The notes: generated from the letters alone by a model not told the origin. 64,000 nucleotides of DNA from Bacteroidota bacterium (GCA_040386935.1 JAZKEQ010000029.1:21431-85430); one strand, 5' to 3'. Counted from the stretch's first letter, positions 9,386-19,753 are shown. Numbers and translations are program-made.

Positions 9386-9417
9386 TTTGTAAATCTCAAA
9401 ATAAATACTTACCTTTG
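9386..9417 (+). promoter_or_regulatory. Putative Bacteroidota sigma-A-type promoter for higBA. The -33 TTTG is at 9386-9389. The -7 TAccTTTG is at 9410-9417, 20 nt away.
   Basis: This matches the Bacteroidetes consensus TTTG-N19-21-TAnnTTTG. It lies 25 nt upstream of the higB ATG. Confidence 0.4.
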
Positions 9418-9441
9418 GCGTTAGTAACGTGAAAAGATACT

Positions 9442-9723
9442 ATGATTGTTTCATTTGGCGACAAGGCGACACAAAAAATATGGGAAGGTGAATGGGTGAA
9501 AGGATTTTCAACGCATATTCAGGAATTGGCAAGAAGGAAATTAAGAATGTTGAATAACTCTTATGATATCAATGATTTGATGATTCCACCTTCTAATCGC
9601 CTCGAAAGACTGAAGGGAAATTTGAAGGACTTTTATTCTATCAGAGTAAATGACCAGTGGCGCCTGGTTTTCAAATGGAATAACGGCAATGCTTTTGATG
9701 TTAAATTAATAGACTACCATTAA
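9442..9723 (+). CDS. higB: HigB-type toxin (RelE/ParE superfamily, plasmid maintenance system killer family).
   Basis: It is 93 aa. The pattern is typical of HigB (FGDKATQKIWEGEW...LKGNLKDFYSIRVNDQWRLVF). A partner gene follows after an 11 bp gap. Confidence 0.8.
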   Translation: MIVSFGDKATQKIWEGEWVKGFSTHIQELARRKLRMLNNSYDINDLMIPPSNRLERLKGNLKDFYSIRVNDQWRLVFKWNNGNAFDVKLIDYH

Positions 9724-9734
9724 TAAAAATAACC

Positions 9735-10034
9735 ATGAAAAAATTAAGAAACATTCACCCGGGTGAAATACTGATGGAAGAGTTTTTGATACCATTAGAA
9801 CTAAGCGCATACCGCTTATCTAAGGAAATTGCAATCCCTCAAACACGCCTTTCTGAAATTATCAAAGGCAATAGAAGAATAACAGCTGATACAGCCCTCA
9901 GATTGTCTAAATTTTTCGGTAATTCAGCTAAGTTTTGGTTAGGCCTGCAGGATGATTACGACATTGAATTCGAAAAAAAACTCAAGCATAAGGAATTGAT
10001 TACTATTAAGCAATACGAGAATAATGCAGCTTAA
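9735..10034 (+). CDS. higA: HigA antitoxin (XRE-family HTH).
   Basis: It is 99 aa. The N-terminus (IHPGEILMEEFL...LSAYRLSKEIAIPQTRLSEII.GNRRITADTALRLSKFFGNSAKFWLGLQ) is typical of HigA. Confidence 0.8.
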   Translation: MKKLRNIHPGEILMEEFLIPLELSAYRLSKEIAIPQTRLSEIIKGNRRITADTALRLSKFFGNSAKFWLGLQDDYDIEFEKKLKHKELITIKQYENNAA

Positions 10035-10124
10035 GAATTAATTGATTATAATAAAAGCAATATGTTGGACTTGTTTGCTTTTCAATAAAATAGTTCATCA
10101 ACAATAAAACTACAACCCACTACC

Positions 10125-10160
10125 CAAAAAAAGAGCCATCCACCTCAAGTGAACAGCTCT
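10125..10160 (-). terminator. Putative rho-independent terminator of the BNR protein gene, on the minus strand.
   Basis: A hairpin with an agagc/gctct stem (plus strand: agagccatccacctcaagtgaacagctct) is followed on the minus strand by a 7-T run. Confidence 0.45.
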
Positions 10161-10185
10161 TTCAATAAAATATGATCTACAACAA

Positions 10186-13100
10186 TTACCCCTTCCATTC
10201 AGGTAATCTGCCGGGGGTGTAAGGCAGTTTCAGTAGTTCCATTTTGCGCTCAAGAGTTTCGAGCAGGGTTTTTACTTCTAACACATCGCTATAGAGTGGT
10301 GTAAATTCTGCTTTCAAAGTGCTAAGGCGTTCTCTGTAAGTGGTGGTAGTACTTTCAGTAGTGCTCCACAGATTGCCTACTATGCCCTCAATAGTGCCTG
10401 CAAGGCCCGGGAGGGTTTCAAACTCGCGTGAGTAAAGGTTGTGGTCACCCACTAATTTTATGCCTATCTGGTACAGTTTTTCTTCTATTACTGCAATGTC
10501 TTTTAACAGTGTAAGATCATTGGCTTGCTGTGCACCGCGTTTCATGTAATTCATTCTGTAGGCCATTTCGTTGCAATAGCTGTTCACACCATTCACCACA
10601 CGTCTGAATTCTGCCAGCTCGGTGTTAAACGCCTGGTTGTTGTTCAAGCCTGTTTCAAACAATGATTTTAATACAAAGGATTGGGCAGGTGCCAATGTAG
10701 TAGCTTCGTTATTTCTAATCAGTTTTAAGGTAACTGTGTAAGTACCCGGTATGCATAGAGGGCCTTTGTCTTCACCTTCATAAGGATTGTTAGGGTCGGG
10801 GCTGTAAAAGGTAACAGGGCTGGTGCGTTCCATGCGGCCATCCCATAGCAGGCGGCTCATGCCTTTGGTAGCCGGTTGGCGCAGTTGGCGTACGATGTTG
10901 CCTTTGTCATCGGCTATTACAGCCAGTATAAATGTTTCGGCTTGTCGGTCTTCTATGCGCATGGAATCCTGTGGCGGATAAAAGTCGTTCAATTGTTTTT
11001 CTTCACGTTCTTTTCTCAGGTCTTTTAAGCTCTTATAATCATCCTTAATGTAATAAGAAATAACAGCACCTATGGCAGGATTATCGGCCGTATAAAAACT
11101 TTCGCCCTGAAACGATTTGCCTTTATGACCCAATGGTGTTGAAGGAATAAATACCAAGCCATCTTTGATAGGGAATATGGTAGCAGCTTGTGTCTTCATA
11201 GCACTTTCGAGTTGCGCATATTTTTGCAATGGGCTGTAATCATCTACAATATAAAAACCACGACCGAAGGTGGCCAGTACCAAATCATTTTCACGCGCTT
11301 GTATCACTATTTCTTTGATGCAAGTGTTGGGTAAACCGCCACTCATTTTGGTCCAGTTTTTACCGCCATTTACTGATACAAATACACCAAAATCAGTACC
11401 TGCAAATAGCAGGTCTTTGGTAGTGTGATCTTCAGTAATGCACTGAGCAGAACCGCGCGCAGGCAAGTCGGATTGTATGGTCTGCCAGGTTTTGCCCTTG
11501 TCTGTAGTTCTTAAAATATAAGGTTTAAAATCACCATTGCGGTGATTGTTAAAAATAGCATAAGCAATGTTTTCATCGTGTTGAGATGCAGTAATATTTT
11601 GCACCAATACTTGATTAGGTACACCTGCAAATGTTTCTGATTTGGTCCATGTTTTACCGCCATCAGTGGTTACTTGTATCAGGCCATCGTCAGTGCCTGC
11701 ATACAGCAGTTGGCTGTTCTTTGGCGATTCAGCAAATGCAGTGATGTTGCCATAAATACTGGTGGATTGATTTTTAGCAACGGCATCCATGCTCCATATT
11801 TTATCCATCACCATTAATTTATTTCTATCAATACCACGTGTTAAATCAGGACTGATAATTTCCCATGTATTGCCGCGATCGGTACTCTTGAATAATTTCT
11901 GTGAAGCAAAATACAAAGTGGTATTGCTGTGATAGCTCAGGTGCAAAGGTGCATCCCAGTTGAAACGGTAAGCCTTTTCGCCTTTAGGTTCCTGTGGTTT
12001 AATATCGAGTGCTTCACCGGTTTTTTTGTTGTAGCGCACCAGGCCACCGTATTGCCATTGCGAGTACACAATGTTAGGGTCTTTGCTATCAACAACAGTT
12101 TTAAAACCATCGCCACCTACGGTTACAAACCAGTCGTAATTGTGTATGCCATTAGCGCTAATGGTGCGCGAAGGGCCACCTAATGTATTGTTGTCTTGCG
12201 TGCCGCCATACACATTGTAAAAAGGTAGAGCATTGTCAACCGTTACTCTGTAAAATTGTGTCACAGGCAGGTTGGCTTTGTATTGCCAGGTAGCTGCAGC
12301 ATCCCAGCTTTCATATAAGCCGCCATCGCATCCCATCAGATAGTGACGTGTGTTTTTAGGGTCTACCCATATCACGTGGTTGTCTACGTGTTTGTTTTTT
12401 TCGCCTAATCCGTTAAAAGTTTTACCGCCATCGTTGCTCACCATGGCCCATGTGTTCATGGAATATATTCTGTCGACATTTACAGGGTCGGCAAATATTT
12501 CGTTGTAGTAATTTCCGGCAGTGGCATAGCCTGAGCGTTTCTCCCAACTGGCACCTCTGTTTTTAGAAAGGTATAAACCTTGTGACTCGGCACCGGCTTC
12601 GATAATGGCATATATATAATCGGGATTAACAGGTGATACCGCCATGCCAATACGACCGATATCGCCTTTCGGTAAACCGTTCTCCAACTTCTGCCAGGTA
12701 GTGCCATGGTCGGTACTGCGATAAATGGCTGACTCGGGTCCACCACCTACATAGGTCCATTCATGTCGTCTGCGTTGGTGTGCTGATGCGTATAAAATAT
12801 TGTGATGGCGAGGGTCCATTTGTACCTCGTTAAAACCGGTATTGTCGCTTACAAATAATATGCGGTTCCAGGTAGCGCCACCATCAGTAGTTTTGTAAAT
12901 ACCGCGTTCACCTCCGGCACTCCACAGGGGGCCATAAGCGGCAACATAAACAGTGTTGGAATTTTTAGGATCTACTACTATCATACCGATGTGTTCACTG
13001 TTTTTCAGTCCCATGTTTTTCCATGTAGCACCTCCGTCTTCCGATTTGTAAACACCATCGCCATAACCTACACTGCGTTGGTTGTTGTTTTCACCGGTAC

Positions 13101-13458
13101 CTACCCATACGGTATTTTCGTTGGTAGGATCAATGGTGACGCAACCAATGGATGAAGAACCTTGTCCATCGAAAATGGGATAGAAACTGGTGCCTGCATT
13201 GTCGGTTTTCCAAACACCACCGGCAGCGGCTACGACATACCATTGTGAAGTATTGTTGGGGTTCACGGCTAAGTCGCCTATGCGACCTGATGTTACGGCA
13301 GGACCGATGCTTCTGAATTTCATAGCACCAACAACTGCGTTTAACGTGGCATTGCCTTCGTCAGGTTTTTTGTTGTCGGCTGCTGCTGTTTTGGTCTTTT
13401 GAGCTTGTATGTTGGTCAAAGCAAAACAGCTGATAAGGATGATGTAAATTTTTTTCAT
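10186..13458 (-). CDS. Secreted BNR/Asp-box repeat protein, sortilin/VPS10-like and GH74-like beta-propeller.
   Basis: It is 1090 aa with a signal peptide. Repeated S-x-D-x-G-x-T-W Asp-box motifs are present (SEDGGATWKN, TTDGGATWNR, STDHGTTWQK, SNDGGKTF, TTDGGKTWTK, TTDKGKTWQT). Confidence 0.65.
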   Translation of the reverse strand: MKKIYIILISCFALTNIQAQKTKTAAADNKKPDEGNATLNAVVGAMKFRSIGPAVTSGRIGDLAVNPNNTSQWYVVAAAGGVWKTDNAGTSFYPIFDGQGSSSIGCVTIDPTNENTVWVGTGENNNQRSVGYGDGVYKSEDGGATWKNMGLKNSEHIGMIVVDPKNSNTVYVAAYGPLWSAGGERGIYKTTDGGATWNRILFVSDNTGFNEVQMDPRHHNILYASAHQRRRHEWTYVGGGPESAIYRSTDHGTTWQKLENGLPKGDIGRIGMAVSPVNPDYIYAIIEAGAESQGLYLSKNRGASWEKRSGYATAGNYYNEIFADPVNVDRIYSMNTWAMVSNDGGKTFNGLGEKNKHVDNHVIWVDPKNTRHYLMGCDGGLYESWDAAATWQYKANLPVTQFYRVTVDNALPFYNVYGGTQDNNTLGGPSRTISANGIHNYDWFVTVGGDGFKTVVDSKDPNIVYSQWQYGGLVRYNKKTGEALDIKPQEPKGEKAYRFNWDAPLHLSYHSNTTLYFASQKLFKSTDRGNTWEIISPDLTRGIDRNKLMVMDKIWSMDAVAKNQSTSIYGNITAFAESPKNSQLLYAGTDDGLIQVTTDGGKTWTKSETFAGVPNQVLVQNITASQHDENIAYAIFNNHRNGDFKPYILRTTDKGKTWQTIQSDLPARGSAQCITEDHTTKDLLFAGTDFGVFVSVNGGKNWTKMSGGLPNTCIKEIVIQARENDLVLATFGRGFYIVDDYSPLQKYAQLESAMKTQAATIFPIKDGLVFIPSTPLGHKGKSFQGESFYTADNPAIGAVISYYIKDDYKSLKDLRKEREEKQLNDFYPPQDSMRIEDRQAETFILAVIADDKGNIVRQLRQPATKGMSRLLWDGRMERTSPVTFYSPDPNNPYEGEDKGPLCIPGTYTVTLKLIRNNEATTLAPAQSFVLKSLFETGLNNNQAFNTELAEFRRVVNGVNSYCNEMAYRMNYMKRGAQQANDLTLLKDIAVIEEKLYQIGIKLVGDHNLYSREFETLPGLAGTIEGIVGNLWSTTESTTTTYRERLSTLKAEFTPLYSDVLEVKTLLETLERKMELLKLPYTPGRLPEWKG

Positions 13459-13564
13459 GATATATCAATGATTTTTATTCGAATTAAAAAGATTTATAAA
13501 ACAAGGGGGTAATAAGATGGATGAAAAGCAATTTTTAAACTACAAATGTAAAGGGAAGCAAGGA

Positions 13565-14632
13565 TTAAAATCCGTACAATGTTTTCATTAAATCAAAAAT
13601 ATGAATATTCTCCATGGTGCCTGCAAAATTTTCAGCACCCGGCCCGTAAGCGTATACAGGCACTCTTATGCCTGAGTGATGCGTGTTGGCGTAAGATGCT
13701 TTGATGGTTCTGTTTTTCAAAGAACCTTCAGTTAAAGATAATCCGCCTGTTTCGTGGTCGGCAGTTACAATCACCAAAGTGTTGCCATCTTTTTTAGCAA
13801 ATTCATAAGCGGCTTTTACTGCTTTATCAAAGTCTATGGTTTCGCTCACTGTGTAATTAAAATCGGTATCGTGTCCACCCCAATCGATCTGACTGCCTTC
13901 TACCATCAGAAAAAAACCTTTCTTGTTTTTTGATAAAGTTTGCAGTGCTTTCTGAGTGCCTTTCAATAAAAAGTCGCCACGACCTTCGTTTACTTTTGGC
14001 GGGTGTATGCTGTCGTTAAAAAAGTAAACGTATTGGTTGTACTCGGCAGCCCAGTTGATTTCAGAACCTGTAGCCACGGTGTAACCGTTTTGTTTCAGCA
14101 GATTCGTATCGAAGTATGGTTTGCCACCACCTATCATCACATCAATGTGTTGTTTGTAAAAATCATTGGCAATTTCCTTGTCCATGTTTCTGCTTTTTTG
14201 ATGGGCAAAGAATGAACCGGGGGTAGCGTGGGTCATGCTGCAAGTGGCCACCAATCCGGTAGACAGGCCATGCGCTTCAGCCATTTCTAATATCGTCTGT
14301 CTGCTCAGCGAATCAGGGCCCAGACCAATGGCACCGTTATAGGTTTTAACACCGGCACTGTAGGCTGTAGCACCTGCAGCACTGTCAGTTATATAATCAT
14401 CGCTTGATGAAGTGGATACCAAGCCTATGACTGTAAATAAATCCAATGTAAGACCGCCATTGATGAATGAGGCAGCAGAAATTTGTGCCAACCCCATGCC
14501 ATCACCAATCATTAAAATAATATTGAGCGGTTTTTTACTTGTTTCCACCACAGCTTTAGCACCATTGCTGCAATTCATGCAGAGCAGAGCGCACGCTATT
14601 AAAACAGATAAAGGGCGTTGAATAATTTTCAT
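13565..14632 (-). CDS. Alkaline phosphatase (PhoA family).
   Basis: Signal peptide. The metal-site motif IILMIGDGMG is present. The active-site serine motif DSAAGATAYSAG is present. HETGG lies near the C-terminus. Confidence 0.85.
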   Translation of the reverse strand: MKIIQRPLSVLIACALLCMNCSNGAKAVVETSKKPLNIILMIGDGMGLAQISAASFINGGLTLDLFTVIGLVSTSSSDDYITDSAAGATAYSAGVKTYNGAIGLGPDSLSRQTILEMAEAHGLSTGLVATCSMTHATPGSFFAHQKSRNMDKEIANDFYKQHIDVMIGGGKPYFDTNLLKQNGYTVATGSEINWAAEYNQYVYFFNDSIHPPKVNEGRGDFLLKGTQKALQTLSKNKKGFFLMVEGSQIDWGGHDTDFNYTVSETIDFDKAVKAAYEFAKKDGNTLVIVTADHETGGLSLTEGSLKNRTIKASYANTHHSGIRVPVYAYGPGAENFAGTMENIHIFDLMKTLYGF

Positions 14633-14724
14633 GCCGCAATATCCGTTATTTTGTAAAAGTATTAAAATTGATTTTCATTCATTTTTCAATAGCTTTGTAT
14701 CTTGCCATCACTCAAGCCATTTTA

Positions 14725-16494
14725 ATGAAAGGCAGGGCCTTCAGATATTGTCTGTTAATACTTTGTAGCATTGGAAAGTTACAGGCACAAAATACATCCC
14801 TGATTTTTACGAATAATCCCCTTGCTTTTAAGTATGTGAGCAAAGGCGATAGCAGTCGACAGCAATTAACGCAGCTGCAGTTTATTAATTTTTACAGAGC
14901 CAGAGGCTATGCTGCCTGCGCTATTGACAGTGTGGTAAAACGCAACGATTCTATAATAGTACATACTTATATCGGTCAGGTGTATAAAATCAAAGGATTT
15001 AGCATTGCACAACACGATATCAGAAAAGGTGCAGTGATTAGCATTGGAGAGAAATACACCAATTCCACTTTGGATACCAATGGTATTTCAGCATATGCCA
15101 ACAGCGTGTTGACTGTATACGAAAACAACGGTTATCCATTTGCTACTATCATCGTAGATTCTGTAATCACTTTGCAAAATAAACTGGGTGTTTATCTGTC
15201 GTTGGATAAGGGTCCTTTGTTTTTGTACGACACTGTATATATCGAAGGTGACAGAACAGTTAAGAAATCTTTTCTAAGCGCCTACCTGGGCATGAAAGAG
15301 GGCAAACCTTACAACGAAAGTACATATCGCAAGGCCTATGATAAACTCAGTCAATTGCCATTTATTTTTCCTGAACGCTTTCCTCAAATGGTGTTTATTA
15401 AAGGTGGTAAGGCCCGTCCATATTTGTATTTAAAAAAGAAGAAAGCCGATCAGGTAAATGGTATAGTGGGTTTGGCGCCAACGAGTGCGACAACAAGTCA
15501 AGCCAGTACACTGGTGTTTACTGGTGAATTTTTACTGAAGCTCAACAATTTATTCAAGAGCGGAAAAATGTTGATGATTAACTGGAAAAGTTTTCAGGCC
15601 CGTTCACAGGAATTAAAAACAGCTTTTAATTTCCCTTACATCATGGGTCGACCGATAGGGGCTGATGTGAGTTTTGATTTTTTGAAATACGATACTTCTT
15701 ACTCCAATTTGCAACGACAGATTGGTATACAATTTTATACATCAGGCATTAATGGATTCAAGGCCTTTTACAAAGTGAATTCAACCAATCTGATAACAGT
15801 GGATACGAATGCTGTGAGAAACAAGAAACAATTTCCTTCTACCAATTCAATTCAAAACATACAATATGGAATTGCCGGCAATTTTAATTTTCTGGATTAC
15901 AGATTCAATCCTCGCAAAGGAATTTTAATTGAAGGCAGAATGTCGGCAGGCACCAAGGAGATTTTAAAAGACAACAGAATTTCTGAAGTGCGTTTCAGCG
16001 AAGGGGGAGGGAGCACCTATACGCTTTATGATTCAACAAAAATAAAAACCACACAATACAATCTGCAATTGAAGATTGACAAATATTTTCCGGTGGGAGT
16101 GAAGAGTACAATTAAAGCGGGTTTTTCAACTGAGCAAATTATTGCACCGGTTATATATTTCAATGAAGTAATGCGTGAGGGCGGCATCAATTCCCTGAAA
16201 GGATTCAATGAGCAGAGTATTTATGCCACCAATTTTAATATGCTGGAGCTGGAGTACCGCTACCTGTTAGGGGTGAATACATATATCAAAGCATTTTGGA
16301 ATGGGGCCTATTACGAAGACCATACAACAGGTAGAGATCCTGTCTACGATACACCATGGGGATTTGGGATAGGGGCCAATATTGAGACAAAGGCAGGAAT
16401 TTTAACAATTTTATACGCATTGGGTAAAGAAAAGCAAAATAATTTCGACCTTCGTGCAGGAAAAGTACATTTTGGAATCAGCAGCTATTTTTAA
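14725..16494 (+). CDS. Omp85-superfamily (BamA/TamA-like) outer-membrane beta-barrel protein with POTRA-like N-terminal repeats. The start was moved to the Met in front of the signal peptide.
   Basis: Signal peptide (MKGRAFRYCLLILCSIGKLQAQ). POTRA-like segments are present (YKIKGFSI..., VYIEGD...). The beta-strand-rich C-terminus has alternating aromatics and ends in a terminal Phe (HFGISSYF). Confidence 0.5.
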   Translation: MKGRAFRYCLLILCSIGKLQAQNTSLIFTNNPLAFKYVSKGDSSRQQLTQLQFINFYRARGYAACAIDSVVKRNDSIIVHTYIGQVYKIKGFSIAQHDIRKGAVISIGEKYTNSTLDTNGISAYANSVLTVYENNGYPFATIIVDSVITLQNKLGVYLSLDKGPLFLYDTVYIEGDRTVKKSFLSAYLGMKEGKPYNESTYRKAYDKLSQLPFIFPERFPQMVFIKGGKARPYLYLKKKKADQVNGIVGLAPTSATTSQASTLVFTGEFLLKLNNLFKSGKMLMINWKSFQARSQELKTAFNFPYIMGRPIGADVSFDFLKYDTSYSNLQRQIGIQFYTSGINGFKAFYKVNSTNLITVDTNAVRNKKQFPSTNSIQNIQYGIAGNFNFLDYRFNPRKGILIEGRMSAGTKEILKDNRISEVRFSEGGGSTYTLYDSTKIKTTQYNLQLKIDKYFPVGVKSTIKAGFSTEQIIAPVIYFNEVMREGGINSLKGFNEQSIYATNFNMLELEYRYLLGVNTYIKAFWNGAYYEDHTTGRDPVYDTPWGFGIGANIETKAGILTILYALGKEKQNNFDLRAGKVHFGISSYF

Positions 16495-17491
16495 GAAGGT
16501 CATCATATCGCTTTTGCTGTTGTGCTTGTTTTCTGCAAAGGGACAAGACCCAAGGCGTAACATTCGCTATTACGATAGTCTGGCTTTAGACAGCGCCACC
16601 AGTTTTTCGCAGTATTACTATCAGATGCGTTCTGATATGATTGAGCAAAAATTGATGGAGGAGCTGAACAGAATGGCTGATACCCTGAGCACAGATTCCA
16701 ATCTTTACAGGGATACAATTAAAAAAGATACTTTGGTGATTCAGAAATTTGTGGGGTATAACCGCACGATTTACAAGAATTCAAAGGCCAATATCAGGAA
16801 ATCTTTGCAATCGTCCAGTAACCCACCCGTTCGCCCTAATCTGGATAATTGGTTTGTGCTGGCCTGGTGTTTCTTCGTAATTGTTCTCATCATTATTTTC
16901 AAATATTCCTATCCCTTGCAATACCATTTGATAAACCGGGCATGGTTCAGTAGCTTGAGTTTTCGCGAATTTTACGACACACAAACAGATATTTTCAAGG
17001 GCAGTAAATTCTTCGCATGGTTTGTTATCAGCCAGATTTTTTCCGTTGGGGTATTTATCCTGATAAGATTCAGCTTTAAATCAATTGTGTACTCAGATAT
17101 CGTTCTTGCGCTGATGGTGTCAGGTGGAATTATATTAATTTTCATTTTAAATCAATGGTTAAAATTTATATTTGCGTATGCTTTCCAGCAACCGAGTTTA
17201 AGTAAGGATTACGCCATCATTTTTCGTATCAATGCATACAGCATAGCCTTGATTTTGCTGCCTGTTTTGCTGTTTATCTATTTTACAAATCAAATTGGTT
17301 TATTGCATTCTGTCGGACTTATTTTAATGGTTTTTTTGCTGTTGATTTACGGCATCAGTTTATTAAGATTCTCATTTTCAGGTCTTTTTGCAGAAACTCA
17401 GTCAAGTATATTTTTAATTTTGTATCTTTGTGCATTCGAAGTTTTACCAATATTAGTTTTAGTGAAATCATTTAATAGTTTTTTGTTCTAA
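16454..17491 (+). CDS. Polytopic membrane protein, DUF4271-like. The track start is GTG 16454, with an alternative TTG at 16472.
   Basis: It has an N-terminal signal/anchor, then a soluble segment, then about six hydrophobic helices. A HemD-like gene follows immediately, which is a conserved Bacteroidota pairing. Confidence 0.5.
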   Translation: MQEKYILESAAIFKKVIISLLLLCLFSAKGQDPRRNIRYYDSLALDSATSFSQYYYQMRSDMIEQKLMEELNRMADTLSTDSNLYRDTIKKDTLVIQKFVGYNRTIYKNSKANIRKSLQSSSNPPVRPNLDNWFVLAWCFFVIVLIIIFKYSYPLQYHLINRAWFSSLSFREFYDTQTDIFKGSKFFAWFVISQIFSVGVFILIRFSFKSIVYSDIVLALMVSGGIILIFILNQWLKFIFAYAFQQPSLSKDYAIIFRINAYSIALILLPVLLFIYFTNQIGLLHSVGLILMVFLLLIYGISLLRFSFSGLFAETQSSIFLILYLCAFEVLPILVLVKSFNSFLF

Positions 17492-18250
17492 ATGGAGAAA
17501 GAGGCAAAAGTAAAGACGATCTTAGTATCGCAAAATAAACCGGAAAGCGGTAAGTCAATATTTGACGACATCGCTACCAAATTAAAGTTGAAAGTCGATT
17601 ATCGATCTTTCATACAGGTAGACCCGATTCCGGGGAAGGATTTGAGGAGAAAAAAACTCAATATACTGGCACATACGGCCATTATTTTTAACGCTAAAAA
17701 CGCTGTAGATCATTTCTTCAGAGTGGTAGAGGAGTTGAGAATAGAGCTGCCAATTGACATGAAGTATTTTTGTATGAATGAAGGCATTGGTCTTTACATT
17801 CAGAAATACACCATCATGCGCAAACGCAAAGTGTTTTTCCCGAAGACAAACCTGGAAGCAGATTTCTTCAACATGATTTTAAATCACAAGACAGAGAAAT
17901 ACCTGTTCCCGTGTTCGGATATCAGAAAATCGACCATCCCTGATTTTTTCGCAAAACATAAATTGGAGTTTGTAGAAAGTGTGATGTACAAAACAGTGTC
18001 AGCAGATTTGAGCGACCTTGAAAATGTGTTCTACGATATCATCGTGTTCTTTAGCCCGGCCGATATCAAATCACTGTTTGAAAACTTCCCTGAATTCAAG
18101 CAAAACCAAACGCGTTTGGCGGCATTTGGAGAAAGCACACACAGAGCAATAGCAGAACACAGTCTGGTTTGCAATATTCCTGCACCTACCAAAGAATTTC
18201 CATCAATTGTATCGGCAATGGAAGCTTATATTAAAAGAGTGAATGCTTAG
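17492..18250 (+). CDS. Uroporphyrinogen-III synthase (HemD)-like protein.
   Basis: It is 252 aa with a HemD-like two-lobe pattern. It starts 1 nt after the stop of the DUF4271 gene. Confidence 0.55.
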   Translation: MEKEAKVKTILVSQNKPESGKSIFDDIATKLKLKVDYRSFIQVDPIPGKDLRRKKLNILAHTAIIFNAKNAVDHFFRVVEELRIELPIDMKYFCMNEGIGLYIQKYTIMRKRKVFFPKTNLEADFFNMILNHKTEKYLFPCSDIRKSTIPDFFAKHKLEFVESVMYKTVSADLSDLENVFYDIIVFFSPADIKSLFENFPEFKQNQTRLAAFGESTHRAIAEHSLVCNIPAPTKEFPSIVSAMEAYIKRVNA

Positions 18251-18356
18251 AAAAAATACTTACTAATCCCCCTTCTTTTATTCTTTCCCAAATTATCGCT
18301 GAAATAACAACAGGTTATTTTGTGATGATACATGCAAGTACTTACCTGAAATCTTC

Positions 18357-18382
18357 AAGCAATAAGACGACTGCTTTTTTTA
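18357..18382 (+). terminator. Weak putative intrinsic terminator after the HemD-like gene.
   Basis: A 5 bp stem (aagca...tgctt) is followed by tttttttatt. Confidence 0.3.
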
Positions 18383-19753
18383 TTAAAGTAAATTAAGAAT
18401 CAGGTCGGGGAAAATGGCCAGTAACAACATGCCGATTGAACAGATCACTAACAATACTTTCTGATCTAATCCTAAGCTGATTTTAGCCTCATCCTGCTCA
18501 CCTTTATCAAACATGGCGATAATCACTTTGAAGTAATAATAAATGCCCACCAGCGATGCGATAATTGCTATAACGGTTAACCACAGGTAGCCATTGTTAA
18601 CGGCAGAGGTAAAGATTAAATATTTAGCCATAAAACCTGCTAATGGCGGAATACCCGACATTGAAAGCAATGCAAGTATCATTGAACCGGTCATCAACGG
18701 TTGACGTCTGATAAGGCCTTTAAAACCATCGATGGTTTCATTGCCTTCAGTATATTTTTTTACTTCTCTCAATACAGCAAAAGCAGTAATGCTGGAAATA
18801 CTGTAAACAAGGGTGTAATACAATAACACATTGTCTGTTTTGCTACCTAGAGTTAAAATAGCAATGAGCATAAAGCCCGCATGTGAGATACTTGAAAATG
18901 CCAGCATTCTTTTTACATTGCTTTGAACAGCCGCTGTAATATTGGCAATCAATAAAGTAAGAGCACACATGATGGACAATACCAATGCGTATTCAGCCTG
19001 AAGCGAAGGGAAGGCATTTTGGAACAATCTGTAAAAAGCTGCGAATGCAACTGTTTTAACAACAGTGGCCATGTAGGCAGTGATATTGGTTGGTGCACCT
19101 TGGTACACATCGGGCGTCCATAAGTGAAATGGTGCTGCTGATACTTTGAATGCCATCGACATCATGATTAACAACATGCCGGTAAAGAACATTGGTGTAA
19201 CACCGTTAGCGCCTGATGCAGTAGCTATAGTGGCAATATCAAAACTTCCTGTTGCGCCATATAACAAGGCGATACCGAATAATAAAAATGCAGAAGCAAA
19301 TGAACCCAATAAGAAATATTTAAAGGCTGCTTCGTTTGATTTTAATTTTGTTTTATTACTGCCTACCAATACAAATAATGGAATAGATAAAATTTCAATG
19401 CCTAAGAATAACATCACCATATTGGTGAATGATACCAATAGCAATCCACCTGTGAGTGTAAATAATACAAGGGCGTAGTGGTCAGAGAAATTATTGTCGT
19501 CATTAAAATAATCGGCTGCAGAAATGAACCACAGAAAAGCAATACTTGATGAAACGATGGTGAATGCCAAAGCAAAATTATCCATCTTCAGCATGTTGTA
19601 AACCTCTTCATTGGTATCCCAGTCGGCTATGCATAATCCGATGAGTGCAAGTAAACCAAGCAATACAATGGGTTTGAAAAGTTTTCTTAAACCAAATAGT
19701 CCGGCTACTAAAGCCAGTACTCCCAAACCTGATACTAATAATAATTCCTTCAT
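18383..19753 (-). CDS. nuoN: NADH-quinone oxidoreductase subunit N.
   Basis: It is a 456 aa polytopic antiporter-like subunit. It is the last gene of a contiguous nuo cluster and overlaps nuoM by 4 bp. Confidence 0.85.
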   Translation of the reverse strand: MKELLLVSGLGVLALVAGLFGLRKLFKPIVLLGLLALIGLCIADWDTNEEVYNMLKMDNFALAFTIVSSSIAFLWFISAADYFNDDNNFSDHYALVLFTLTGGLLLVSFTNMVMLFLGIEILSIPLFVLVGSNKTKLKSNEAAFKYFLLGSFASAFLLFGIALLYGATGSFDIATIATASGANGVTPMFFTGMLLIMMSMAFKVSAAPFHLWTPDVYQGAPTNITAYMATVVKTVAFAAFYRLFQNAFPSLQAEYALVLSIMCALTLLIANITAAVQSNVKRMLAFSSISHAGFMLIAILTLGSKTDNVLLYYTLVYSISSITAFAVLREVKKYTEGNETIDGFKGLIRRQPLMTGSMILALLSMSGIPPLAGFMAKYLIFTSAVNNGYLWLTVIAIIASLVGIYYYFKVIIAMFDKGEQDEAKISLGLDQKVLLVICSIGMLLLAIFPDLILNLL

